Of a stretch of 52,690 nucleotides of DNA, positions 37,792 through 49,588 are shown in pieces. The translations under genes and the position numbers were made by a program. The notes beneath the pieces are model-generated. The model was not told where the DNA came from and ran no database searches. It worked only from the letters and a program-made list of their open reading frames with translations. This DNA is from Nitrospirae bacterium CG2_30_53_67. GTDB taxonomy: Bacteria; CG2-30-53-67. Each line of letters begins with the position of its first letter. Within the stretch, counting starts at the first letter, position 1. The DNA is taken from positions 1 through 52,690 of the forward strand of contig MNYV01000017.1 of assembly GCA_001873285.1 (NCBI GenBank), in the 5' to 3' direction.

Positions 37792-38676
37792 ATGTCAGGG
37801 CGGCGGTTGGGAAGAGGGCTCGAGGAGATATCCCATGTATTCCTCTCAACTGAATCCTCAACGAGATCAACCGATAACCCACTCGGTCGGAACGTGCAGG
37901 AGTTTGATTTAAGATGTGATGCGATGCCTGAAATTCACACGATCGGAATCACGGGCGGCCCCATGGAGAGGATGGGCATCTTTGCCATCTGCAACATCGG
38001 GATCGAGCTGGCCAGACAGGGGTACCGGGTGCTGGTGATCGACGAGGATCCCGGAAGTTTGAACGTGACCCGGCTCATGGGGGTGACCGACATTGAGAAC
38101 GCCGCCGAACCCATCTTGATCCATGCCCCCATGGGTGTCCGCATTGCCTACCGCACTCCTTTTCTCAGCCATCTCATGTCTTACAGGGAACTCATCCGGG
38201 ATGGGAGGCGTTGTCCCTGGCCTGAAGAATATCAAAAATATGATTTCATGATTTTTCACATCCCATCCACCCGGTTGGAAGAACTGGGGACCCTGCTCAG
38301 ACAGATCTCCCTCTGTATTGTCATCTCGCCTTCCGACCGGGCAGGTATGCTCAAATCCTACTCTGTGATCAAGGCTCTCCATCAGAAGTCTGGAGAGATT
38401 CAAACCGGCCTGATTGTTTATTCTGAAAAAGGTGAGCAGGATGCGGAAGACGCCTTTTTCAAAATGGCCAAGAATGCAAAACGGTTTTTGGAAAAAGATC
38501 TTGTCAGCTATGCTTTTATACAGAAAGGAGAGGAGATCGACGAATCCATATCCCAAGGGGTCCCATTGGTATTGAAATGGCCGAGTTCCGAGATACGAAG
38601 ACAAATGTATAATATCAGCAGATTGATCATTGAGGATGATGACCGGAGGCGCAGTTCCGATGGAAATATGGAATAG
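37792..38676 (+). CDS. MinD/ParA-fold protein with a degenerate Walker A and a ParB-like N-terminal peptide
   Basis: 294 aa. The N-terminus is MSGRRLGRGLEEISHVFL. The P-loop position reads GITGGPMERMGIF instead of GKGGxGK[ST]. The rest is collinear with MinD/FlhG (RVLVIDEDPG, YDFMIFHIPST, GLIVYS...). AAGGAG lies 7 nt upstream of the ATG. Confidence 0.75.
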   Translation: MSGRRLGRGLEEISHVFLSTESSTRSTDNPLGRNVQEFDLRCDAMPEIHTIGITGGPMERMGIFAICNIGIELARQGYRVLVIDEDPGSLNVTRLMGVTDIENAAEPILIHAPMGVRIAYRTPFLSHLMSYRELIRDGRRCPWPEEYQKYDFMIFHIPSTRLEELGTLLRQISLCIVISPSDRAGMLKSYSVIKALHQKSGEIQTGLIVYSEKGEQDAEDAFFKMAKNAKRFLEKDLVSYAFIQKGEEIDESISQGVPLVLKWPSSEIRRQMYNISRLIIEDDDRRRSSDGNME

Positions 38677-38696
38677 GAAGGATTAAAACAAAACGG

Positions 38697-39263
38697 ATGC
38701 CATTTAAACAAATCCATCTGAACAAGAAACAAGACCTGATCCAGCTCATCAGGAACACCTCAACCCTGATTGAACAGGGGGTTGAAATTCTCGGCGGCCC
38801 GATCGGAACGGAGGAATTCCCCCTGATTGATCTGGTAATGAAAGATAGAAATAGAAGGCCTCTGCTGATTCTTGCTGATGTCGGACCGGATGAAAACGCC
38901 CTGTTGAATGCGGAATCTCAATCGGACTGGTTTGTAAAAAACCTCTCCATGCTCAGGCAGTTGTTCCCGATCCTTGACTTGAACAAAACGGTTTCCCCCC
39001 GGGCTGCCCTGATCTACCCGGAATTTCCTATGCTGATGAAAAGGTCCCTCAGGGCAGCCCCTCTCCTATCCCCGCTGTTTTATCAATATCGCTGTTTTGA
39101 GGTTCTTGATCAAAGGTTTCTCTATCTGGAGCGGTTTCAAACGAACCCTGAAAAACAGGGCTCGAGCGGAGAGTATATTGAAGGTCTTCACCCTTTCCGG
39201 AAAGGCCTTGCCGGAAAAGAGGTGGAGATCACGGCAGAGGAGAGAGAGGCTTTTCTCTCCTGA
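38697..39263 (+). CDS. Hypothetical protein, possibly a degenerate PD-(D/E)xK / NucS-like fold
   Basis: 188 aa. DLIQLIRNTSTLIEQGVEILGGPIGTEEFPLIDLVMKDRNRRPLLILADVG follows the pattern of DUF91/NucS-type nuclease cores. The usual E-x-K position reads A-D-V. This is a weak, motif-level call. Confidence 0.55.
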   Translation: MPFKQIHLNKKQDLIQLIRNTSTLIEQGVEILGGPIGTEEFPLIDLVMKDRNRRPLLILADVGPDENALLNAESQSDWFVKNLSMLRQLFPILDLNKTVSPRAALIYPEFPMLMKRSLRAAPLLSPLFYQYRCFEVLDQRFLYLERFQTNPEKQGSSGEYIEGLHPFRKGLAGKEVEITAEEREAFLS

Positions 39264-39284
39264 TCCAGGGAAACCACAAAAAAA

Positions 39285-39317
39285 GACCCCCCGCCTCCAT
39301 AGCAGGGGGTCTTTTTT
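39285..39317. terminator. Bidirectional intrinsic terminator between the 188-aa ORF and groEL
   Basis: GACCCCC-(loop)-GGGGGTC stem, flanked by A-run (39278-39284) and T-run (39312-39317). Confidence 0.7.
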
Positions 39318-39342
39318 AATTGAAGATTTCTGCAAGTACGGC

Positions 39343-41276
<1,934 letters not shown>

Positions 41277-41359
41277 ATTGATTCTCCTTTCATTTCAATG
41301 AGTTACTATTAAACATCACCATTTTCCCATTTTAACGGCTTAAAAGATTAGTGGAATTG

Positions 41360-41386
41360 TTAGCACTCAGCAATGAGGAGTGCTAA
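41360..41386. promoter_or_regulatory. CIRCE operator (HrcA binding site)
   Basis: TTAGCACTC-AGCAATGAG-GAGTGCTAA is a perfect match to the TTAGCACTC-N9-GAGTGCTAA consensus. It lies 84 nt upstream of groES. Confidence 0.92.
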
Positions 41387-41396
41387 TAGAGTTGAA

Positions 41397-41425
41397 AATA
41401 TAGTCACCCCGCATGAAAATTGCAA
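41397..41425 (-). promoter_or_regulatory. Putative sigma70 promoter of groESL
   Basis: Minus strand reads TTGCAA (41425-41420), 17-nt spacer, TATATT (41402-41397), placed 10 nt upstream of CIRCE. Confidence 0.6.
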
Positions 41426-41555
41426 CCCCTCTTTAGGATTATTTATTATAAATAAACACCGGCTCGGTTCTTGAATCATCCAAGAATCCTCTCAAGTTCC
41501 GGGCCATGAGATCCGATAAAATATTCATAAAAGCATGAGAATGACGTCCTGAGAT

Positions 41556-42938
41556 ATGGATAGGGAGGAACCATCCATGCAGTTCAAATCAAGCCTCAAA
41601 ATGAGATATTGTCCGATGATCGACTCCTTCATCAAGGTCAAAGAGCTGACCCAGGAAGAAATGGACCTGTTTTTTCAAAACGCAGACATGAGGGATAAAA
41701 GCTCATACCAGGAGCTGGTTATCAAGGCGTCTATTCCTGAGTACGATGAAGAGGTCCGATCCTTGATCCATCGTGAATATGACCGGGAGGTCGACATTGA
41801 AAGCGCCATCGAGGAACTCTACCGGATGTGTATCAAGGTGAACCCGTCTTTGAATATCTACAATGTCAATATACCCGTGCAGGAAAAAAATGAGCGATCC
41901 TCTTTGCTCCTCTCTACAGGGGGAAAAGACCTCTGGACCTGCATACGGGAAATCCATGGAATCGAAGACTCGTTAAGAAAGAGGATCATAGGACAGGATG
42001 AGGCCATTAACAAGATCGCCCAGTCTATCAAAAGCGCAAAGGTCGGGATCAAGGATTCAAACAGGCCGGTGGGATGTTTCCTTTTCATCGGGCAGACCGG
42101 CGTAGGCAAGACCGAACTGGCCAAGGCCCTGGCCGAGTTCTTGACCGGGGATGAGAAAAATATGGTCCGGGTGGACTGCTCGGAGTTCTCGCAGCCCCAT
42201 GAATATGCCAAGCTGATCGGCGCCCCTCCGGGTTATGTAGGATACGATGACGGCGGGAGCCTTAGCGAACAGATGCTGAAACGGCCGGTGAATGTGGTCC
42301 TCTTCGATGAGATCGAAAAGGCAAACCCCATGATCCACAACCTGCTTCTTCAAATCATGGATGAGGGGATTCTCACCGACAATAAAGGGAGAAAAATCCC
42401 CTTCCAGGATGCCGTGATCATCCTCACGAGCAACGCAGGCGTTGAAGGAATTGAGGAGATGAAAAGCGCCGTAGGATTCACGAGACAGGACGTCTTGAAT
42501 CGTAACGTGGTCAGGCGTGAGACCCTGAAATCCCTTGAGAAGATCTTCCGCCCTGAATTCCTGAACCGCATTGACGAGATCATTTGTTTCAACCCGCTCG
42601 GACACAAGGAAACACGAAGGATTGTCCAACTGCAGCTTGAACACCTGCAGCGGAAACTCAGCGGGATGAAGATCCATCTCCGGTTCAGCAGGAATGTCAT
42701 CAATTTTCTGATCCGCGAAGGCGCCGATCCGCGTTATGGAGCAAGACCTTTGAAGCGCGCCGTCAAAAAGTTCATTGAAGTACCGCTGGCTGAAAGAATT
42801 CTGAGCGGACCGGCTTCGTTACCTGCAAAAATTCTGGCGGTGATGTCGGAAGAAAAAAGCGTCACCTTTGTGGATCCGGCGCCTCGGCAAAAATCATCAA
42901 AACGGGGAAAAGAAATCAGGAACCAGGTTACCCCGTGA
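41556..42938 (+). CDS. Single-ring AAA+ ATPase of the ClpA/ClpC D2 type with a unique ~135-aa N-terminal region
   Basis: 460 aa. From ~aa 140 it is collinear with the Clp D2 module (IIGQDEAI...PVGCFLFIGQTGVGKTELAKAL...LIGAPPGYVGYDDGG...VVLFDEIEKA...TSNAG...FRPEFLNRIDEII.F..L...GARPLKR). There is no D1 module. The start codon is uncertain. Confidence 0.85.
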   Translation: MDREEPSMQFKSSLKMRYCPMIDSFIKVKELTQEEMDLFFQNADMRDKSSYQELVIKASIPEYDEEVRSLIHREYDREVDIESAIEELYRMCIKVNPSLNIYNVNIPVQEKNERSSLLLSTGGKDLWTCIREIHGIEDSLRKRIIGQDEAINKIAQSIKSAKVGIKDSNRPVGCFLFIGQTGVGKTELAKALAEFLTGDEKNMVRVDCSEFSQPHEYAKLIGAPPGYVGYDDGGSLSEQMLKRPVNVVLFDEIEKANPMIHNLLLQIMDEGILTDNKGRKIPFQDAVIILTSNAGVEGIEEMKSAVGFTRQDVLNRNVVRRETLKSLEKIFRPEFLNRIDEIICFNPLGHKETRRIVQLQLEHLQRKLSGMKIHLRFSRNVINFLIREGADPRYGARPLKRAVKKFIEVPLAERILSGPASLPAKILAVMSEEKSVTFVDPAPRQKSSKRGKEIRNQVTP

Positions 42939-43311
42939 GTACGACCATGGCTGCGGCATAATTATGAGAATGAGAAACGGAAACAAACGCCTCCTTCCCT
43001 CCTGATGCGTCTAAGATCTCCCCGGCCTTTCCATGAAAGAACAACTCCGGCTTTCCGGAGGACCCATGGATCAGCTCAATCTCTGAAAAACCGATCCCTT
43101 TGCGCCACCCCGTCCCCAGGGCCTTCATGGCCGACTCCTTGGCGGCAAAACGTGCGGCATAGTGCTGATATTTTTTCCTCTTCTTCTCGCAGTACTCCAC
43201 CTCACGGTCCGTGAAGGTCCGATGACGGAAACGGTCGGAACCCTTCTGCATGGCCTTCTCGATCCGTGCAATTTCGATGATATCAATCCCGATGCCAATG
43301 ATCCGGCTCAC
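42928..43311 (-). CDS. acpS: Holo-[acyl-carrier-protein] synthase
   Basis: 127 aa with IGIDIIEIARI and FAAKESAMKALGTG motifs. Confidence 0.9.
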   Translation of the reverse strand: MSRIIGIGIDIIEIARIEKAMQKGSDRFRHRTFTDREVEYCEKKRKKYQHYAARFAAKESAMKALGTGWRKGIGFSEIELIHGSSGKPELFFHGKAGEILDASGGKEAFVSVSHSHNYAAAMVVLTG

Positions 43312-44366
43312 AGATACTGATCCAACCCCTTCTTTTTCAGAAGATCCACGACCGTTCTGACTTCCTGGGACCGATTCTTCCGGCAGACCAGGAGCGCATC
43401 CCCGGTCTCCACCACCACCAGATCCTCCACCCCGATAGCCGCAATCATCCTCCCTTCGGAATAGAAGATGCTTCTCCGGGTATCCAACAGGATAGAATCC
43501 CCATGGACCACGTTCCCGTTTTTATCCTTGCCTGAAAGTTCATCCAAAGCGCTCCACGAACCCACATCATTCCATCCAAGATCCACAGGGATCACCAGGA
43601 TGTTGTCCGCCTTCTCCAAAACCCCATAGTCGATGGAATCTCCCCGGATCTTTTTATAAACCCGGCTGATCGTCTGTGCCTCTTTCTCTGTTCCCAGAGC
43701 TTTTTCGATCTTAATCAGCCCTGGGTAGAGTTCCGGGCAGAAGCGTTGAATCGCAGAGAGGATATCCGCCGCCTTCCAGATGAACATTCCACTGTTCCAT
43801 GAAAACCTCCCGGTCTTCAGAAACCTTTCGGCGGTTCTACGAACCGGTTTTTCGGTGAACCGCCGCACCCGGAAGACCCCGTCTTCAAATTCCTTCCCTT
43901 GTTCGATATATCCATATCCGGTCTCCGGACGAGTGGGACTGATCCCAAGGGTAATCAAGACCTGATGTTTTCTCACGATCCGATCCCCTTTCTTCAAGCC
44001 CTGCAGCAGGCGGCTTTTTTTACGGATCACATGATCCGCCGGCAGGATGACCATCACTGCGTCAGGGTCCCTTTTTTTCAGGACCATAGCCGCAAGGCCG
44101 ATGGCGGGGGTGGTATTTCGCCCTACAGATTCGATGAGAAGATTCTCCCTGGGGAGTTCAGGGATTTCCTGCTTCACCATTTCCACAAGTTCAGAGCTGG
44201 AAACGATGAGGACCCGTTCGTAAGGAATGAGCGTGAGGACCCGCTCCACGGTCTGCCGGAGCATGGATGTGAGACCGACAATGTTCAGGAGCTGTTTGGG
44301 TCTTCTCCGCCGACTTTTGGGCCAGAACCGGGTGCCGCTTCCCCCGGCCAGGATCACAGCATACAT
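43308..44366 (-). CDS. Mannose-1-phosphate guanylyltransferase (nucleotidyltransferase domain only)
   Basis: 352 aa. MYAVILAGGSGTRFWPKSR N-terminus typical of ManC/CpsB-type enzymes. No cupin/isomerase domain. Confidence 0.85.
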   Translation of the reverse strand: MYAVILAGGSGTRFWPKSRRRRPKQLLNIVGLTSMLRQTVERVLTLIPYERVLIVSSSELVEMVKQEIPELPRENLLIESVGRNTTPAIGLAAMVLKKRDPDAVMVILPADHVIRKKSRLLQGLKKGDRIVRKHQVLITLGISPTRPETGYGYIEQGKEFEDGVFRVRRFTEKPVRRTAERFLKTGRFSWNSGMFIWKAADILSAIQRFCPELYPGLIKIEKALGTEKEAQTISRVYKKIRGDSIDYGVLEKADNILVIPVDLGWNDVGSWSALDELSGKDKNGNVVHGDSILLDTRRSIFYSEGRMIAAIGVEDLVVVETGDALLVCRKNRSQEVRTVVDLLKKKGLDQYL

Positions 44367-44465
44367 GGTTTTTGCGCCTAAAAATATGCCGGCAGAACAA
44401 GGGATCCGCTCTAAGCGAGCCTTCGGCCGGCATGGAAATAAATCACAAATCCTTCTTTTCTGAAG

Positions 44466-45482
<1,017 letters not shown>

Positions 45483-45579
45483 TTATTCTTGATTCTTAGG
45501 ATATCATGCTTAAGAAATGATCACTCTGAAATTTTTTTCAGTTTACAATAATCTTCAAAAAAGTCAATAGGATTTAGCC

Positions 45580-45609
45580 TTGACAAGGGAATTTTCTCAA
45601 TGCTATATT
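45580..45609 (+). promoter_or_regulatory. Putative sigma70 promoter of tRNA-Ala
   Basis: TTGACA (45580-45585), 18-nt spacer, TATATT (45604-45609), 17 nt upstream of the tRNA. Confidence 0.55.
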
Positions 45610-45626
45610 GATTTTATATTTAATTC

Positions 45627-45702
<76 letters not shown>

Positions 45703-45712
45703 AAAAGTATCA

Positions 45713-45745
45713 GGAGCCGGCCGTCAGAGGCCGGCTCCTTTTTTT
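45713..45745 (+). terminator. Intrinsic terminator after tRNA-Ala
   Basis: GGAGCCGGCC-GTCAGA-GGCCGGCTCC followed by TTTTTTT. Confidence 0.85.
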
Positions 45746-45928
45746 ATCTCTCCCCTCGGTTCCATAGCCGACGAGATCCGATCCGGCCCTTGGAGATCAT
45801 CGTCAACCCTGCTTAAGAGCAAAGTATGGGGGTGTTTTACATATGGACATTTCCCCCCCGCTGGGTTATAATTTTTTGAAATTTTACAGGAACATGAAAG
45901 GATAACCGCATTTCAAAGGAGGAAAAGC

Positions 45929-48151
45929 ATGGCGGATCGGCAATCCGGATCCGAGAGATCCCATTCCTCCCATCGCTTCCGTCCGAAACTGTTTGTCATC
46001 CTCGGCATCCTGGCCTTGATCGGGTTCTTTTTCAGGTTCAGATCGAAGCTTGAGAACTCGGAGAAGATCCGGATCCCGGTCTCCGATTACAGCATCCTTC
46101 TTGCTCTGGCCGTGATCATCACCATCCTCTCCCTTGTGCTCATCCTTATGGTTTTTCGAAACCTGATCAAGTATTACTTCGAGGGGAGAAAGGTTCTGCC
46201 GAGGGCCAGAATCAAGACTAAGCTCATCATCGCCTTTATCGGTTTCTCCGTGATTCCTTCCGTGCTTCTGTTCACCATCGCCAGTTTCCTGATCACCACG
46301 AGCATAGACAACTGGTTCAATAAACGCGTGGAGGATTCCCTGGAGGAGTCCATGGACGTGGCCAAGGTCTACTATAAGAATTCCGAGCTGAACGCCCTCT
46401 ATTACGGACGGCAGATCAGCGAACAGATCACGGAAAACAAGCTGCTCAACGAGGTGAATCTGAAGCGGCTTCGGGAACTCATCAACCAGAAGCAGAAAGA
46501 GTACAACCTCGGTGTGGTGGAGGTCTTTTCGGCCACGCACGAAGAGTTGGTCAAGGCCATGAACCCGGAGGTCCCTTCAAAGACCTTTGTGGGGCCGCGC
46601 TCTGAGATCATCGAGATCGGATTCAAGGGCAAGGAACACACGGAAAGCGAACCCATGGGAGAGGGGGATATCATCCGGGGCGTGGTGCCGGTGGTTTCCT
46701 CCTTTAACCGCACGGATGTGGTCGGGGTGATCGTGGTCAACTACTATGTCCAGAAGAGCCTGGCCAACAAAATGATGAACATCATCAGCGCCTTTGATGA
46801 ATATCGCAGGCAGGCAAGTTTAAAAAATCCCAAAAAGGCCCTCTACATCATGGTTCTTTTCCTGGGCACCCTGGTGATCGCCTTCTCGGCCATCTGGGTG
46901 GGGCTTTATCTGGCCCGCAAGATTACGATCCCCATCCAGGAGCTGACGGGGGCCACGCACCGGATTGCGGAGGGGGATCTGGACTTTGTGATTGATGTGG
47001 ACGCCAAGGATGAACTGGGTGTTTTGATGGACTCCTTCAACCGGATGATGAGCGATCTCAAGGGAAGCAAGGAAAATCTCGAGCGGACGAACATCGAACT
47101 CAAGGTTTCGAACGAAGAGCTGGACAGAAGGAGGAGTTACATCGAGACCATCCTGCAGAATATCGATACCGGAGTCATCTCCATGGACTGGCAGGGGCGC
47201 ATCACCACCATCAACCGGGCAGTGGAACAGATGCTGGGGATTCGGATGGTGGACGCCAGAGGAAAAGATTACCGGGACATCTTCAAGTTTCCCAAACTCC
47301 TGGAGAGCATCCAGATGGTGACGACCGGACATCAAAAGAGCTTTGGCAGGGATCTTAAGATTTCGACCGAACAAAAGACCCTGCATGTCAAGGGCCATGT
47401 CACATCGCTGGAAGACGACCGGGGAAACTATCTGGGCGCGGTCGTGGTCCTGGATGATTTCACCGAGCTGGCCAAGGCCCAGAAAGCGGCGGCATGGCGC
47501 GAGGTAGCCCGCCGGATCGCCCATGAGATCAAAAACCCGCTGACTCCGATCCAGCTTTCGGCCCAGCGGCTGCTGCGCAAGCACGAAAAGAAATCCGAGG
47601 ACCTGGATGAGGTGATCCGGGATTGTACTTCAACGATTATCAGCGAAGTGGAAGGAATGAAAAAGCTGGTGAACGAATTCTCCGAGTTCGCCAAGATGCC
47701 GGATGCGCAGCCCTCGCCCAATGATCTCCACGTCATCGTCGAGGAGGCTGCCACCCTCTATGAAGGGCACAAAGGGATCGAAATCATCAAGGAGCTGGAC
47801 GAAAAACTCCCCATCCTGAATATAGACAAAGAACAGATCCGAAGGGCCTTGATCAATCTGCTGGAGAATGCGGTGGAAGCCATGAGCGATCATGGAAGGA
47901 TCTGGATCAGAACCTGCTTCAATCCCGGCCTTAAAATGGCTACCCTGGAGGTGCGGGACGAGGGGACCGGGATCCGTCCGGAAGACAAGGAGAAACTCTT
48001 TTTGCCTTACTTCTCGAGAAAAAAATCCGGCACCGGCCTGGGGCTCTCCATCGTGGACCGTATTGTCAAGGATCATGGAGGGTATATCCGGGTGAAGGAC
48101 AATAAACCCAAGGGGACCATGTTTGTGATAGAGCTGCCGGTCGCGGCTTGA
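45929..48151 (+). CDS. NtrY-like sensor histidine kinase (multi-TM, HAMP, PAS, HisKA, HATPase)
   Basis: 740 aa. N-terminal TM bundle, HAMP, PAS, H-box VARRIAHEIKNPL, G-boxes DEGTGI and GTGLGLS. The architecture matches NtrY. Confidence 0.88.
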   Translation: MADRQSGSERSHSSHRFRPKLFVILGILALIGFFFRFRSKLENSEKIRIPVSDYSILLALAVIITILSLVLILMVFRNLIKYYFEGRKVLPRARIKTKLIIAFIGFSVIPSVLLFTIASFLITTSIDNWFNKRVEDSLEESMDVAKVYYKNSELNALYYGRQISEQITENKLLNEVNLKRLRELINQKQKEYNLGVVEVFSATHEELVKAMNPEVPSKTFVGPRSEIIEIGFKGKEHTESEPMGEGDIIRGVVPVVSSFNRTDVVGVIVVNYYVQKSLANKMMNIISAFDEYRRQASLKNPKKALYIMVLFLGTLVIAFSAIWVGLYLARKITIPIQELTGATHRIAEGDLDFVIDVDAKDELGVLMDSFNRMMSDLKGSKENLERTNIELKVSNEELDRRRSYIETILQNIDTGVISMDWQGRITTINRAVEQMLGIRMVDARGKDYRDIFKFPKLLESIQMVTTGHQKSFGRDLKISTEQKTLHVKGHVTSLEDDRGNYLGAVVVLDDFTELAKAQKAAAWREVARRIAHEIKNPLTPIQLSAQRLLRKHEKKSEDLDEVIRDCTSTIISEVEGMKKLVNEFSEFAKMPDAQPSPNDLHVIVEEAATLYEGHKGIEIIKELDEKLPILNIDKEQIRRALINLLENAVEAMSDHGRIWIRTCFNPGLKMATLEVRDEGTGIRPEDKEKLFLPYFSRKKSGTGLGLSIVDRIVKDHGGYIRVKDNKPKGTMFVIELPVAA

Positions 48152-48211
48152 AAATGCAAAGCATCCGCTTTGCATTTTCAATGGGAAAAGAACCTCAATG
48201 AAGGAATGTCT

Positions 48212-49588
48212 ATGGCCAAGGCGCGGATTCTTTTAGTGGATGACGAAGTCAGCATCTTGAAATCTCTGACCCATGTGCTCGAGGACGAGGGGTATGAGGT
48301 GGTCTCTGCCGGGTCCGGGGAAGAAGCGCTGAAGATTTTCGGGGATGTGTCGCCCGATGTCACCCTTCTGGATGTCTGGCTCCCGAGTATGGACGGGATC
48401 GAGGTCTTAAGAAAGATTAAGGAAAACGACCCGGATGCCGTCATCATCATGATGTCCGGTCATGGCACCATCGATACGGCCGTCCGGTCCACCAAGTTCG
48501 GCGCCTACGACTTCATCGAAAAACCCCTATCCGTGGACAAGCTGGATATCGTGATCCAGAACGCCCTGGAAAAGAAGAGGCTCGAAGATGAGAACCGCGC
48601 CCTCCGAGGGCGTCTGATCCAGGGGTATGAGATTGTTGGGGAGACGCCGGTCATACTCGAATTAAAAGAGCAGATCAAGATCGCCGGGCCCAGTAACGGC
48701 AGGGTCCTGATCTACGGAGAGAACGGGACCGGCAAGGAACTGATCGCCCGCCAGATCCATTTCCAAAGCGATCGGAGGGATAATCCCTTTGTGGAGGTCA
48801 ACTGCGCGGCCATCCCGCAGGAGCTGATCGAATCGGAACTCTTCGGCCACGAGAAAGGATCTTTCACCGGGGCGACCAGCATGCGGAAGGGGAAGTTCGA
48901 ACTGGCGGACCAGGGGACGCTCTTTCTGGACGAGATCGGCGATATGACTCTGGCCACACAGGCCAAGGTCCTCCGCGTCCTGCAGGAGCAGACCGTCCAG
49001 CGGGTGGGGGGGACCAAGACCATCGAAGTGGATGTGCGCGTAATTGCCGCCTCAAACAAGGACCTTGAAAAGGAGATCAAAGAAGGGCGTTTCCGGGATG
49101 ATCTTTTCTACCGGCTGAATGTCATCCCCATGTATATGCCTCCGCTCCGGGAAAGGCCCGGGGACATCCCTCTTCTGGTTCAGTATTTTATCCATGAGTA
49201 TGCGCAGAAGAACGGGGTCAGGCCCAAAGAGATTCTCAAGGAAGGGATGAACCTCCTGATGCAGTACGACTGGCCGGGAAACGTGCGGGAGCTTAAGAAC
49301 ATCGTGGAACGGATCATGATCATGGTGCAGCAAGATACGATCGGACCGGAGAATATTCCCGTGGGGATCCGCGGTGCGGCCGGCAGGGCCAAGGTCATGC
49401 ATTATTCCGGGACCCTGAGAGAGGCCAGGCAGGAATTTGAGCTGGACTATATCCTCCAGAAGCTTCAGGAGAATGACTGGAATATCTCCCAGACCGCGAA
49501 GGTCCTGGAGATCGAGAGAAGCAATCTTCACCGGAAGATCAAAAAACTCGGACTGGAAGAGAAAAGGTCTTCGGGGATGCAGCGCTAA
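48212..49588 (+). CDS. NtrX-like sigma54-dependent response regulator
   Basis: MAKARILLVDDE receiver domain, Walker A GENGTGKE, GSFTGA motif, and a C-terminal HTH. The ATG at 48212 has AGGA 7 nt upstream. The ORF is open from 48170. Confidence 0.9.
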   Translation: MAKARILLVDDEVSILKSLTHVLEDEGYEVVSAGSGEEALKIFGDVSPDVTLLDVWLPSMDGIEVLRKIKENDPDAVIIMMSGHGTIDTAVRSTKFGAYDFIEKPLSVDKLDIVIQNALEKKRLEDENRALRGRLIQGYEIVGETPVILELKEQIKIAGPSNGRVLIYGENGTGKELIARQIHFQSDRRDNPFVEVNCAAIPQELIESELFGHEKGSFTGATSMRKGKFELADQGTLFLDEIGDMTLATQAKVLRVLQEQTVQRVGGTKTIEVDVRVIAASNKDLEKEIKEGRFRDDLFYRLNVIPMYMPPLRERPGDIPLLVQYFIHEYAQKNGVRPKEILKEGMNLLMQYDWPGNVRELKNIVERIMIMVQQDTIGPENIPVGIRGAAGRAKVMHYSGTLREARQEFELDYILQKLQENDWNISQTAKVLEIERSNLHRKIKKLGLEEKRSSGMQR

